Positions 43,293 to 53,636 of a stretch of DNA of 64,000 bases are shown one piece after another (the first letter of the stretch is position 1; each line of letters begins with the position of its first letter). The translations under genes and the position numbers were made by a program. Under the pieces are notes generated by a model, which was not told where the DNA came from, searched no databases, and saw only the letters and a program-made list of their open reading frames with translations. Source of the stretch: a virus (lineage: Duplodnaviria; Caudoviricetes); IMG/VR virus record IMGVR_UViG_2751185632_000005, positions 25,472-89,471 of that record; one strand, written 5' to 3'.

Positions 43293-45411
43293 TGCCGTCA
43301 TGGTCCGCGCCGGCACCTTCAACGAGGCTGAACGCACCGTCGAGGTGATCTGGTCCACCGGCGCGAAGGTGAAACGGTACGATTGGGGCAAGGACGGCTG
43401 GTACATGGAGGAGCTCTCCATGGACCCGAAGGCCATCCGCCTCGGTCGGTTTCAGAGCGGTATGTCCCTGCTGGACACCCACGACGGATATTCGATGGCC
43501 TCCCGCCTCGGTGCGGTGGTCCGGGGGTCCGTCAGGATCGAACACGGCGAGGCTTCCGCCACCGTCAAGCTCTCGCGGAACGCGCTCGGCGAGCAGATCT
43601 TTCAGGATCTCAAAGACGAGATTCCCGTCCCGATCTCTGTCGGGTACCGGGTCCACAAGTATGAAAAGTCGACCGGCGAGGAAGGGCAGATGCCCACCTA
43701 CCGGGCGATCGACTGGGAGCCGATGGAGCTGTCCGCGGTTCCCATCCCGGCCGACGCCGGCGCGCACTCGCGGTCTGAGCCGCAAGAAGCCTACGAAGTT
43801 GAAATCGAGACCCGCGGCGCCGTCGAGAACGAGCCCAAGGGCGAGGAGATTTTTCCCATGAAGAAGCGTGACGCCGCCAAGACCTTCAACGGTACCCAGC
43901 TCGATGCTCTTGCCCTCGGCGCAGGCCTGACCCGCCAGGACAACGAGAGCGACGACCAGCTCCGCGAGCGCCTGACCAAGGTCTACGACGCCGAGGACGA
44001 GGCTGCCGGTCGCGTCGCCGCCGATGCGGAACGCGAGACGCGGGCCGCCGAGGAAGCGCGCCGGAACGAGGAACAGCGCCGCGCCGCCGCCGGTAATCCC
44101 GCTCCACTGACCACCGCCGACGTGCAGAAGATCGTTGATGAGGCCCGCAAGGTCGAAGCCGGCCGCGTGACGGAAATCCGCTCTCTCGGCAAGCGGGCCG
44201 GCCTGGAGCAGTCGGTGATCGACACGGCCGTCGACGGCGGCACCACGGTCGACGCCTTCCGCGCCGCCATGTTCGACAAGCTGGTCGAGCGGCAGAGCCG
44301 TACGCCGACCTTCCCCCACGTGGAGACCGGCGGCATGGACGCGCAGGAAACCTTCCGCCGGCTGATGACCAACGCGGTCATGCATCGCTCCGGCTTGGTC
44401 AACGACCTGAAGCTGGAAGATGGTGCCCGCCAGTATCGCGAGATGCCGCTGCTCGATGTGGCGCGCGAGGTTCTGGCTCAGAACGGCATGCCCGTTCGCG
44501 GTGGCAGTATCGACATCGTTCGGCGGGCGCTTCACTCCACCACCGACTTCCCGCTGATCCTCGGCGAAATTTCTCGCCAGCTTCTTCTGGCTGGCTATCG
44601 CGGGCACGCCAACACCTTCTCGCTGATCGCCACCCGCAACGTGGTCCCGGATACCCGCGAAGTGAAGGTTCTCGAGATGGGCGACGCGCCGGATCTTGAG
44701 AAGCTGACCGAGTCGGGCGAGTACAAGCGCGGCACGGCGAAGGAAAGCACGGAAGGCTTCGCCATTGCTCACTACGGCAAGGTGATCGGCCTGACCGAAG
44801 CGATGATCATCAACGATCAGCTGAATGCCTTCGGCCGCCTGATCTCCGGCTGGGGCGGTAAGGTTGCCAAGCTCGAAGGCGACGTCGTCTGGGGCATCCT
44901 CCTCAACAACGACAAGCTGAAGGACGGCAAGGGCCTGTTCCACCCCGACCACAAGAACCTGATTGCCGCTGGCACGGCGCTCGATGTTGTCAACCTCAAG
45001 GCCGCCCGCCTGTTGTTCCGCAAGCAGACCGACCTTGATGGTGGTCGCATCGACATGGAGCCGCGCTACCTGTTCACCGGTACCGAGTATGAAGTGGCCG
45101 CCCAGCAGATCGTCTATGGCACCACGACGCCCCAGACCGTGGATCAGATCGTCCCGCAGGCCATCAAGTCGCTGCAGCCCGTCTACGAGCATCGCATCGA
45201 CAAGATGTCGGACAAGGCCTGGTTCCTGTTCGCCGACCAGAGTGCAACCATGGGCCGCGGCCTGCAGTATGCCTATCTTGCCGGCTACGAAACCCCGCGT
45301 TCCATGGAGCGCGTCGGCTTCGATTACGACGGCATCGAATACCGGCTGGATCACTACTTCGGCGGCGGCCTGACCGACTATCGCTTCGGCGTGAAGAACC
45401 CCGGCGCCTGA
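43255..45411 (+). CDS. Prohead protease-major capsid protein fusion
   Basis: N-terminal LLDTH...ISVGY...DWEPMELSAVPIPAD; C-terminal HSTTDFP, GEYK, YGKVIGLTE...INDQLNAF capsid domain. Confidence 0.9.
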   Translation: MTNRKMRVDLGRSAVMVRAGTFNEAERTVEVIWSTGAKVKRYDWGKDGWYMEELSMDPKAIRLGRFQSGMSLLDTHDGYSMASRLGAVVRGSVRIEHGEASATVKLSRNALGEQIFQDLKDEIPVPISVGYRVHKYEKSTGEEGQMPTYRAIDWEPMELSAVPIPADAGAHSRSEPQEAYEVEIETRGAVENEPKGEEIFPMKKRDAAKTFNGTQLDALALGAGLTRQDNESDDQLRERLTKVYDAEDEAAGRVAADAERETRAAEEARRNEEQRRAAAGNPAPLTTADVQKIVDEARKVEAGRVTEIRSLGKRAGLEQSVIDTAVDGGTTVDAFRAAMFDKLVERQSRTPTFPHVETGGMDAQETFRRLMTNAVMHRSGLVNDLKLEDGARQYREMPLLDVAREVLAQNGMPVRGGSIDIVRRALHSTTDFPLILGEISRQLLLAGYRGHANTFSLIATRNVVPDTREVKVLEMGDAPDLEKLTESGEYKRGTAKESTEGFAIAHYGKVIGLTEAMIINDQLNAFGRLISGWGGKVAKLEGDVVWGILLNNDKLKDGKGLFHPDHKNLIAAGTALDVVNLKAARLLFRKQTDLDGGRIDMEPRYLFTGTEYEVAAQQIVYGTTTPQTVDQIVPQAIKSLQPVYEHRIDKMSDKAWFLFADQSATMGRGLQYAYLAGYETPRSMERVGFDYDGIEYRLDHYFGGGLTDYRFGVKNPGA

Positions 45412-45438
45412 TCGATAGAGCGGGCCAAGGACATCAGC

Positions 45439-45469
45439 GGCGCCGGGTGACACCGGCGCCTTTCTTTTT
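45439..45469 (+). terminator. Rho-independent terminator after the capsid gene
   Basis: GGCGCCGG-GTGACA-CCGGCGCC-TTTCTTTTT. Confidence 0.75.
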
Positions 45470-45480
45470 CGGAGATCCCA

Positions 45481-45813
45481 ATGAAGAACTTCATTCAGCC
45501 GGGCAAGACCCTCACGTTCACGGCGCCCACCGGCGGGGTTATCGGCGGCAACTTCTATTTCATCGGCTCGGCCTTCGGCGTTGCTTGCGGGAGTGCGGCC
45601 GAGGGCGAGAAGTTCGATCTCGACGTATCCGGCGGCGTGTTCGACCTGACGAAAAACTCGGCCGAGGCCTGGACGGAGGGGGCGCCGGTCTACGCCACCG
45701 CGGCCGGTCTCATGACCACGAGCGCGGCTAGCAATACCAAGGTTGGCATTGCCGCCGCGGTGGCCGCCAATCCGAGCGGCGTCGGTCGCGTTCGCCTGAA
45801 CGCCTCGTTCTGA
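45481..45813 (+). CDS. DUF2190-family capsid-associated protein
   Basis: MKNFIQPGKTLT...GVF.L.K...GA.VY...G.A......VRLN. Confidence 0.88.
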   Translation: MKNFIQPGKTLTFTAPTGGVIGGNFYFIGSAFGVACGSAAEGEKFDLDVSGGVFDLTKNSAEAWTEGAPVYATAAGLMTTSAASNTKVGIAAAVAANPSGVGRVRLNASF

Positions 45814-45830
45814 TCAGCGGGAGTTAGGCT

Positions 45831-46019
45831 ATGAAGTCCTACAACATCGCGATCGACACCTTCATCGAGGGGGACTACCGCAAGGCTGGTCAGGTCATCA
45901 ACCTCGGTCTTGACCGGGCGAAGGAACTGCTGGCGGCCGGCCAGATCATCGACCCCGACGCGATGGCGTCGCTTAAGGCGTCGGTCAGGGAACCGGCCGG
46001 CAAGAAGACCGGGGGATGA
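45831..46019 (+). CDS. Small virion-associated hypothetical protein
   Basis: FIEGDYRKAGQVINL...AKELLAAGQI. Confidence 0.6.
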   Translation: MKSYNIAIDTFIEGDYRKAGQVINLGLDRAKELLAAGQIIDPDAMASLKASVREPAGKKTGG

Positions 46020-46020
46020 C

Positions 46021-46440
46021 ATGTCCATGTTCGACCGTCTGGACCGCCTGGCGAGCCGGGCGGTCGACCGTGTGAACAAGATCCGCTTCATATTGACGCC
46101 GATGAAGCGGACACCGAATGGCCGACCATCCGAAGACCCGGAGAGGGCGCCAGTCGACGGCGACGGAATCTTCGATTCCCTGTCGGTGGAGTTCGGCCTG
46201 CAACTCGGCGTCCGAAAGAGCTACCGCGAGGGCAATGACCTCCGGACCAACCAGATTGGTCGTGATCCGCAGATATCCGTCGACCGTAGGTATTTCTCGG
46301 CTGGATGGATTCCGAAGCAGGGGGACGTCGTTTCCTTTCCGGACAGCGACGACCTTCCTGATTTCGACGTCGTCACTTCGGAGCCCGACGGCCTGTCACG
46401 CATCGTCCTCAAGTTGCTCCAGCAGGGGATCCAGTCATGA
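46021..46440 (+). CDS. Head-tail joining/closure protein (FII-like)
   Basis: Position and beta-barrel-like sequence. Confidence 0.6.
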   Translation: MSMFDRLDRLASRAVDRVNKIRFILTPMKRTPNGRPSEDPERAPVDGDGIFDSLSVEFGLQLGVRKSYREGNDLRTNQIGRDPQISVDRRYFSAGWIPKQGDVVSFPDSDDLPDFDVVTSEPDGLSRIVLKLLQQGIQS

Positions 46441-47222
46441 GCATGACCCGACTGCTGGCCCGCATCGCGGGTGTTTGTGCACTCAGCAATTTCGGAGAGG
46501 CCCCGTATCCTACAATGGCTGGGGAGCACATCTACGACTCCAAGATCGAACCGATCGAGGATTCGAAGGAAGACATCGTCTACCCGATGTGCGCGATCTA
46601 CACCGACTACGACAAGGACCACTGGAACTACTCCGGCGGCACCACGAAGCCGCGGTTGATGACGGTCACCATCGAACTGACCGTCGTTCAGTTCCAGCGC
46701 CAGAAGCCGCCGAGGGGAACGCCGGCGAGCGCCCCGCCGATCTACGAAGCGAGGTATCCACTCACCGACTCCGAACTCGAGTCGTCTCTGGACATCTTCG
46801 AGGCGCAAGTGTTCCGGGCGCTTGCCGCGGGCAACGTAGCCTCCGATCTCTTCTCCTTCCTGTGTCCGGCATATGAAAGCGTGGTGAGCCGCCGTGGCGC
46901 CTCCTGGGAGGGCGCGCAGAGGCTTGCTGCCCGGCAGATCACCATTGAGACCAAGGCGGTTCGAGACCTCGCCTCCGGGAAGATTCCGCCGCCGATCAGT
47001 GCCTTTCTGACTAGGCTCGAAACGAGCAAGGACTACGCCAACCGTGTCGACGACATCCGGGCAATGATGACTGCCCCGGCCAACCTCAGCGACAACGCCC
47101 GCCTGATGCAGTCCATCGGCTGGTCGTCGCAGGTCGCCACCATCGTCGGCCGATCCATCGCGCCATCTGGGAACCTGCCGGGCGACGTCGAGATACTCGA
47201 CGATGCGGGAGTTGAGCAATGA
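46437..47222 (+). CDS. Neck/tail terminator-like protein
   Basis: Position between neck and baseplate; YDSKIEPI...CAIYTD. Confidence 0.55.
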   Translation: MSMTRLLARIAGVCALSNFGEAPYPTMAGEHIYDSKIEPIEDSKEDIVYPMCAIYTDYDKDHWNYSGGTTKPRLMTVTIELTVVQFQRQKPPRGTPASAPPIYEARYPLTDSELESSLDIFEAQVFRALAAGNVASDLFSFLCPAYESVVSRRGASWEGAQRLAARQITIETKAVRDLASGKIPPPISAFLTRLETSKDYANRVDDIRAMMTAPANLSDNARLMQSIGWSSQVATIVGRSIAPSGNLPGDVEILDDAGVEQ

Positions 47223-47761
47223 ACGCCGCCTCCTTGGTGTTCGCTGGCCTGCTCGAGCGTATTGAGCTTCTTGAGCGCGCCATCGAGATCCTGAGCGTCG
47301 GGCAGAACAACTTGGTCCGCGAGGCTCGCGTGCTCACGGTGGACACGGAGAAGAAGGTCGCCGTCGTCGAGGCCCAAGGGCTCGAATCCGTGGAAGTGCC
47401 GTGGGTTACCCAAGCCGGAACCGTCGTGGATTGGGAGCCCCCGAAGGCCGGTCAGCGCATGCTGCTGGTCTCACCCGGTGGAAACGTCGGCAGGGCAGTG
47501 CTCTTACCGGGCGGATATACCGATGACGCAACCCACCCGTCGAGCGACGGGAACGGGTTCGGTCGGATCATCGGCGGCACCAAGATCTTCGGAACCGCCA
47601 CGACCTACGACATCGAGACCGGGACGCTGACCGTCAAGGCGAGGATCGTCTTCGAGGGCGACGTGGACCTGAAGGGAGACTTCAATTCCGAAGGCTCCAT
47701 GACCAACAACGGCAAGAACGTCGGCAGCTCCCACACGAATGGTGGGATGCATGTCGATTGA
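47219..47761 (+). CDS. Baseplate spike protein (P2 gpV-like)
   Basis: VPWVTQAG...WEPPKAGQRMLLVSPGG...SHTN. Confidence 0.85.
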   Translation: MNAASLVFAGLLERIELLERAIEILSVGQNNLVREARVLTVDTEKKVAVVEAQGLESVEVPWVTQAGTVVDWEPPKAGQRMLLVSPGGNVGRAVLLPGGYTDDATHPSSDGNGFGRIIGGTKIFGTATTYDIETGTLTVKARIVFEGDVDLKGDFNSEGSMTNNGKNVGSSHTNGGMHVD

Positions 47762-47774
47762 CCTGGAGATTACG

Positions 47775-47960
47775 ATGGACACGACGATCTACTACGCAGC
47801 TGCTGAAGGCTTCATCGAGGGACGGTATCGTCTGCTCGGTGAAAAGATCGGTGCGCTGTCGGAGGCCCGTGCCAAGTATCCGCTCCTCACCGGACAGATC
47901 ACCAGCACGCCGCCGACAAAAGACAAAGCGTCGCCGGCGCCGAAGAAAGAAGACACCTGA
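47775..47960 (+). CDS. Small hypothetical protein
   Basis: GFIEGRYRLLGEKI...EARAKYPLLTGQI. Confidence 0.6.
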   Translation: MDTTIYYAAAEGFIEGRYRLLGEKIGALSEARAKYPLLTGQITSTPPTKDKASPAPKKEDT

Positions 47961-48364
47961 TGGCCCGCGTCGGAATTGACGCGCGGACGGGGCGAGTGTT
48001 GATGGGATGGGCGCATTGCGTGCAGAGCATCAAGACCATTCTGGACACGGAACTGCGGGAACGAGTGCAGCGGCGTGGTTTCGGCTGCATCCTTCCCCGG
48101 CTTGTCGACCGTCCGCAAAACCAAGAGACGATCCTCGACATCTATGTTGGCACCGCCGAAGCACTGGAACCGCGCGAAGTCGAGGGTCATCAGTATGGCG
48201 AGCCGGGATTTGTCCTGCTCCGAGCTAAACTCGACGCGAGCGAGCCGGGCGGGGTGACCGTCCTTCTCTCAGGCGTGTTCTTTGAGAACGGCCACCTCGG
48301 CGACTACAGCAATCCAGTCGCCGCACAAATCGCCTACACGATCGCAGAGGCCGCGTCGAGCTAA
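47960..48364 (+). CDS. Baseplate wedge protein (gpW/gp25-like)
   Basis: GIDARTG...HCVQSIKTILDT..RERVQRRGFGC.LP.LVDRP. Confidence 0.85.
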   Translation: MARVGIDARTGRVLMGWAHCVQSIKTILDTELRERVQRRGFGCILPRLVDRPQNQETILDIYVGTAEALEPREVEGHQYGEPGFVLLRAKLDASEPGGVTVLLSGVFFENGHLGDYSNPVAAQIAYTIAEAASS

Positions 48365-48416
48365 GCCATCCCGGCTCTCTGGTCACCTTCCCAACCGGAT
48401 AGAGGCCTGAGCCATA

Positions 48417-49325
48417 ATGGCAATCGATATTTCTCGCCTGCCGTCGCCGACCATCCTCGAGACGCTCAATTTCGAGGTGTTCCAGGCAGCGTTCCTCGAT
48501 CGCTTTGCTGAGGCTTGGGCCGCCGCTCGCTCCAGCGATTCCACGTTGCCGGAATGGAATGTGGCCGCCCTTGAGACCGACCCAACCGTTATCGTCTCGG
48601 AGGCCTGGTCCTATCTGCGCCTGCTCGACCGGCAGCACGTCAACGACGTGATCCGGGCACTGCTGGCCCCGCTCGCCGCCGGCGCAGATCTCGACAATAT
48701 CGTCGCTCGGATAGGCATCGAACGCCTGACCATCGTCGCCGCCACGGAAGCTACCGAGGCCGTGATGGAGAGCGACAGCAGGCTGCTGCAGCGCTACCTG
48801 CTGGCGTTTTCGCGGCCGGCCGCCGGCTCGCCCGACCGGTACCTCTACGAGGCAATGACCGCTTGGCCGGCGATGCTGACCGGCCGGGTCGTCGGCCGAT
48901 CCATACATGGTCGCAAGGGCGACTCGGACATCGTCATCGCCGGACCAGACGGCCGCGACGCCACCACCGAGGAGCTGGCGGCGGTGCGCGCCGCCTGTAC
49001 GTCGACGTCGGTCAAGCCCGAGGCGACGTCCGTCTCCATCCTCAGGGCGACGCGCATGGTCTACGCCGTCGTCGGCCGGGTGATCGTACCGGCCGGTCCC
49101 GACGCCGAGGCGGTGCGAACCGAGGCCGTAGCGCGAATCCGCGCCGCCGGCGTGGCACGCATGCTGATCGGCGCCGAGGTGCCGGTGTCGGCGCTCGCCG
49201 GCGCGGCCTACGGCACGTCGGTGACCCGCGTCGACCTGACGGCGCCGGCGGCCGACATCGCCGCCGATCCCTACACCATTCCCATTCCGGGCCAGATCAC
49301 CCTTACCGTCGAGGTGTCGGCATGA
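48417..49325 (+). CDS. Baseplate J-like protein
   Basis: IDISRLPSP, LETDP, GADLDNI, ESDSRL...AAGSPDRY. Confidence 0.9.
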   Translation: MAIDISRLPSPTILETLNFEVFQAAFLDRFAEAWAAARSSDSTLPEWNVAALETDPTVIVSEAWSYLRLLDRQHVNDVIRALLAPLAAGADLDNIVARIGIERLTIVAATEATEAVMESDSRLLQRYLLAFSRPAAGSPDRYLYEAMTAWPAMLTGRVVGRSIHGRKGDSDIVIAGPDGRDATTEELAAVRAACTSTSVKPEATSVSILRATRMVYAVVGRVIVPAGPDAEAVRTEAVARIRAAGVARMLIGAEVPVSALAGAAYGTSVTRVDLTAPAADIAADPYTIPIPGQITLTVEVSA

Positions 49326-49957
49326 CCACCGCCGCCGACCTGCTGCCGGCCTCGGCCGCGCCGTATGTCATTGCCCTCGCCAAGGCGATGACGGATGAGC
49401 TGCCCGTGCCGCTCCGCGAGGCGCTGGACCCGGCGACGGCGCCGGCCAATCTCCTGCCGTTCCTGGCCGTCCATGACGGCGTCCGGTTGTGGTTCTCGGA
49501 TTGGTCGGTGCCGCGCAAGCGTCAGGTCATTTCCGCGTCGCTCACCGACTGCTGGCTGGTCGGCGTCCGCGACGGCGCCGTGCGCTACCTCTCCTACGTC
49601 GACGCCGAACTGGTCGACGCCATCGCCTATCCGGCCCGCTTCGCCTTCGGCCGCGCACGGATCGGCCGGACGCCGGTTGGCCACGCGCCATTCCTGGCTC
49701 GCTACCTGGTGCGCATCGTCACCCATCGCCCGCCCCGCTCGCTGGTGCTGTCGCGTGCTGTCCTCGGCAGCGCCCGGCTGCGGACGCCGAGCCGGGAGCC
49801 GTTCGTCCGCTGCCTCGCCGCCCTGCGCGCCTCCAAGGCGGCGGAGACCGAGGTGCGGGTGGATTTCGGACACCGGCGTCCGCTGTCGATCGACGACGCG
49901 CCGCCGCTCGACGGCACCTACAAGCTCGGCGCCTACGTCAACCGCTCCAAACTCTGA
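49322..49957 (+). CDS. Tail protein I (P2 gpI-like)
   Basis: LDPATAPANLLPFLA...WFSDW...KRQVI. Confidence 0.85.
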   Translation: MTTAADLLPASAAPYVIALAKAMTDELPVPLREALDPATAPANLLPFLAVHDGVRLWFSDWSVPRKRQVISASLTDCWLVGVRDGAVRYLSYVDAELVDAIAYPARFAFGRARIGRTPVGHAPFLARYLVRIVTHRPPRSLVLSRAVLGSARLRTPSREPFVRCLAALRASKAAETEVRVDFGHRRPLSIDDAPPLDGTYKLGAYVNRSKL

Positions 49958-49965
49958 GGCTCAGC

Positions 49966-52221
49966 ATGCTCAAGACGGTCGAATTTTCGGAAGCCGAAGT
50001 GGCGGAGCCCGGCGATTTCGGGGCGATCAGCCAGTATGCCCGCGAGGGCGGCGAGGCGATCGTCGGCGGCGCCATCGACTATGCCCACCACTGGGCCGGC
50101 ATCGCTATTGCCCAGACCTCGGCCGTCGGCCTTTCGCTTAGCCCCGGCTACCTGTTCGTGGCCGAGAAGGTCTATGGCAACGACAGCGCGATCACGGTCA
50201 ATCTGCAGACCCACCTGCCTTTGGTCACCGGCGACCGCCGCTATGTCGCGCTGCTGCTGCGCGGCGTCGAGGACACCGAGACGGCTCAGCGCCTCGTCGA
50301 GACCGACGCCGACACCGGCGAGACCGTCCAGCAGGCCGTGCCCAAGACCAGCAAGCGCTCGATCGAGGTGGTGATCCAGCAGGGCCTCAGTTCGCCGACG
50401 CCGATCAAGCCGACGGTGGCGGCCACCGAGTGCTGCCTCGCCTTTGTCGAGTTGGCGACCACCGGCATCGTCGCCGTCGAGATGGACCACGGCTCGCGCG
50501 TCAAGACGCTGTCCGAGATCGAGGGCCGGTTGACCGTCGTCGAGGGCGACGTGACCGCCGCTGTCAAGCGGGTCTCGTCGATCGAGACCGACATCGCCAA
50601 CATCGCCGTGCGGCTCAACGACATTCCGAACCCGATCGTGGTCCGGCAGATGCAGCGCGACCTTGCGCAGATCCGGCGCGAGATCGCCATGCCGGACGAG
50701 GCGCGGGCCTACTGGTACGACAATGGCCTGCTCCAGGACGAGTGGGACAAGGCGCACGCCTCCTGGCTTGCCCGCGTCCGCGAAGGCGTTCGCTTCCCGT
50801 GGGCCGCCGAGCGCGATATGCAACTGTCACTACTCGACGCCTCGTCGAGCGCCATCCGCGCCTCCGGCAGCCTGATCCTGCCCGCGTGGGAGGAGGTTGT
50901 CCGCCTCGAGGTGGCCGGTGATGGCGGCAGCAAGAACATCTCGCAGCTCGTCCACACGGTGACGACGGCCACGCGACGGACTTTGTCGCGCACCGTGACC
51001 GAATACGGCGCGACCTCCACCGTCTGTTCCAACGCGGCCGGCTGGGGCTTCCTCGCGGGATACGACGTCGGTGAGCTGTTCACGCGGGACGGCGAGACGT
51101 TCCAGGTGACGCGCACATGGATCGGCTCGGCCGGCCACAAGTATTACGCGTTCCAGAATGTAACGGTGCGCACGGTCGAGGAGACCTATTGGGACTACGT
51201 GACCGAGACGATGGGCCTCAATGGCTCGGTCTACGGCCAGACCTGGCTGTGCGCGCAGCCGATGGTGCTGACCGCCATCGGCTTCAGCGCGATCCGCGTC
51301 GGTTCGGCTGGCGACGTGCATCTGATGGTCTGCCAGTGCAATAGCTCCGGCCAGCCGCAGTTCGACGCCGTGATCGCTTCGACCACGGTTGCGGCCGGCG
51401 ATCTCCTCACCGGCTGGAATAAGGTCGATATCGCACCGACCCTGCTGGAGAGCGGCCAGCGTTACGCCTGGTTCGTGGTGACCACCGGCAATCATGCCCT
51501 GGAGACGGTGTCCGGCAACAAGTACGCCCAGGGATCGCTATTCTACGTCACCGATGGCGCATGGGCGCAAGGCGACGCTGAGGTGGATTTCGCGATGCGG
51601 CTTTACGGTGCCAAGTTCGGGGGCACCCGTACCGTCGTCGAGATGTCGCCCGCCACGCTCGAAAACGGCATGACGGACATCCGCCTCCTCCACGCAGGAT
51701 GGGCGCCGGGCGGCACGTCGCTGACCTGGGAGATCAAGCCGAGCGACAGCGACGACTGGCTGCCGCTCACCGTCGAGAACGCCGTCGACACGACCTGGCT
51801 GACCGGCCTGCCGGCGCTGACGCGGCTGCGGGCCGTGTTCGCGGGTACGACCGACCTGCAGCCGGCGATCGTCATGGACGCCTCTGCCCGCATCCTGACT
51901 TTCCGGCCGCGCGGCGACATGATGGCGATCAGCGTCGACCATGCCTTCGGCGTCTCGACCACGTCGATCCGGCTGGACGCGGTCATCGACCAGTTCGATC
52001 CGGCCAAGCACACGGCGGCGCCGAAGCTGGTGATCGGCGCCACCGTCTACACGCCGGTTGCAACCATCGTGACGCCGGACCTCGTCAGCTCCAAGAAGAG
52101 GATGATCTCGGCCACCTTCACCGTCCCTTCGACCACATCGGCGCGGGCGCGGTTCGACATGACCTCGTCCGAGCTGACCGATCTGCCGTTTATCGACAAC
52201 ATCGCCATGTTCGCGATGTGA
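49966..52221 (+). CDS. Baseplate-attached tail fibre/receptor-binding protein
   Basis: 751 aa ORF after gpI; coiled coil, then beta-rich C-terminus. Confidence 0.7.
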   Translation: MLKTVEFSEAEVAEPGDFGAISQYAREGGEAIVGGAIDYAHHWAGIAIAQTSAVGLSLSPGYLFVAEKVYGNDSAITVNLQTHLPLVTGDRRYVALLLRGVEDTETAQRLVETDADTGETVQQAVPKTSKRSIEVVIQQGLSSPTPIKPTVAATECCLAFVELATTGIVAVEMDHGSRVKTLSEIEGRLTVVEGDVTAAVKRVSSIETDIANIAVRLNDIPNPIVVRQMQRDLAQIRREIAMPDEARAYWYDNGLLQDEWDKAHASWLARVREGVRFPWAAERDMQLSLLDASSSAIRASGSLILPAWEEVVRLEVAGDGGSKNISQLVHTVTTATRRTLSRTVTEYGATSTVCSNAAGWGFLAGYDVGELFTRDGETFQVTRTWIGSAGHKYYAFQNVTVRTVEETYWDYVTETMGLNGSVYGQTWLCAQPMVLTAIGFSAIRVGSAGDVHLMVCQCNSSGQPQFDAVIASTTVAAGDLLTGWNKVDIAPTLLESGQRYAWFVVTTGNHALETVSGNKYAQGSLFYVTDGAWAQGDAEVDFAMRLYGAKFGGTRTVVEMSPATLENGMTDIRLLHAGWAPGGTSLTWEIKPSDSDDWLPLTVENAVDTTWLTGLPALTRLRAVFAGTTDLQPAIVMDASARILTFRPRGDMMAISVDHAFGVSTTSIRLDAVIDQFDPAKHTAAPKLVIGATVYTPVATIVTPDLVSSKKRMISATFTVPSTTSARARFDMTSSELTDLPFIDNIAMFAM

Positions 52222-52237
52222 TCTTTCCGAGGGTGAC

Positions 52238-52435
52238 ATGACCGACCAGACCAGCACCATCGACATCGCCACCATCGACCCGGAGACAAGCTACCGGATC
52301 GAGATCGCCCGGCCGGCGACGGTGGCCGGCATCAAGCTCCGGCCGCGCGGCGACATCACGCTGCGCGGCGACCTTCTCAAGGCCCTGATCACGGAGACGC
52401 CCGATGTCGTCCTCAGCGCTACCGCCGTCGCCTGA
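52238..52435 (+). CDS. Small tail-associated protein
   Basis: GAGGG RBS; phage-like codon usage. Confidence 0.6.
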   Translation: MTDQTSTIDIATIDPETSYRIEIARPATVAGIKLRPRGDITLRGDLLKALITETPDVVLSATAVA

Positions 52436-53636
52436 CGACGACTACGCCTCGCGGCCCAACATGCTGCTTAACCGTGATGTCTGGGATGCGACGCTGACCT
52501 CCGTCGGCGCCCGCATCCGGGCGCTCGAGGCAATCAAGGGCGACTGGGAAGCACTGATCGCCGAAGGCACCGGCCAAGCGTTGGCGGTGATCCAAGCCAA
52601 CGTGGGGCCTCAGATCACCAGTCTGACGGCCGTCATCGCCCAGCTCAAGGCCGACGTTGCCCTGGCGGAGGACGCCATCGCGACCATTGTGTCAGGCGGT
52701 ATCGGCATGTCGCAGGTCAGCGGCCTGTCGGCAGCGCTCGCGCTCAAGGCCAGCACCATCTATGTGGACTCTGCGATCGCCGCGCTAAAGGGCGACGTCC
52801 CGGAAGCCTACGACACGCTGGTCGAAATCGCCGCGAAGCTCGCCGGCGACAACAATGCCATCGCCGGACTGCTCACCACCATCGCCACCAAGGCCAACAA
52901 GGCGACCAAGCTCAAAGTCGGCCCTGCACTGTCGATCGACGGCGTTGCAGGCACGGAGGTGACGCCAGCCGAGGCCGATCTCTCTGCCGATCGTCTGATA
53001 CGGCTGGTCATGGCGAGCACTGCTGATACCATCGCCGGCGCCGACGACACCAAGCCGGCACACTCGGCTGGCGTGCATGCCGCGATTGCAGCGGCCCTCG
53101 CCGGCAGTACCGCAGCTATCCGCGTGTTTACTGCATCTGGCACCTACACGCCAACGCCGGGAACGAAGCGAGCGCTTGTGTTTGTTACAGGTGGCGGAGG
53201 TGGCGGATACTATACAGGAAGTGGCGGCACTATGACTGGCGGTAGCGGTGCTGCTACTGCGATAGCCTTAATTGAAGATCCTGTTACTACCGTAGTCACT
53301 GTGGGCGCTGCCGGAGCGAATGCTGCCGATGGCGGTACTTCTAGTTTCGGCTCGCTCGTTACAGCAGCTGGTGGCCTTAAGGGCAATCAACTCACTAATC
53401 CACCGCTCAATGGGCCTGCCGGAGGTAGCGTAACAACCGGCGCTAACATCGCTATTAGGGGCGGAAGTGCTCCGGATGCTGTCACGGCAGGCATGAGGTT
53501 TCCAGGCGGGTCGTCCTTCTGGGGCGGTGGCGGAAGTCTTAGTGCGGTCGGCGCCCCCGGATCGGGTGGACAAGGATATGCTAATCCGGGGAATAGCGCG
53601 GCAGGTATAGTCATCGTGATGGAGTATGGCGCATGA
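52404..53636 (+). CDS. Tail fibre protein with Gly-rich C-terminal domain
   Basis: VPEAYDTLVEIAAKL motif; VFTASGTYTPTPG...GGGGGG. Confidence 0.8.
   Translation: MSSSALPPSPDDDYASRPNMLLNRDVWDATLTSVGARIRALEAIKGDWEALIAEGTGQALAVIQANVGPQITSLTAVIAQLKADVALAEDAIATIVSGGIGMSQVSGLSAALALKASTIYVDSAIAALKGDVPEAYDTLVEIAAKLAGDNNAIAGLLTTIATKANKATKLKVGPALSIDGVAGTEVTPAEADLSADRLIRLVMASTADTIAGADDTKPAHSAGVHAAIAAALAGSTAAIRVFTASGTYTPTPGTKRALVFVTGGGGGGYYTGSGGTMTGGSGAATAIALIEDPVTTVVTVGAAGANAADGGTSSFGSLVTAAGGLKGNQLTNPPLNGPAGGSVTTGANIAIRGGSAPDAVTAGMRFPGGSSFWGGGGSLSAVGAPGSGGQGYANPGNSAAGIVIVMEYGA

Noticed and set aside
43168-45453. 761-aa antisense ORF over the capsid gene, and similar long shadow ORFs (12823-14511, 54229-55563, 42201-43436, 20095-21120, 59692-61083)
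   Set aside because: They lie opposite well-supported genes, have no motifs, and are expected in GC-rich DNA with strong codon bias.
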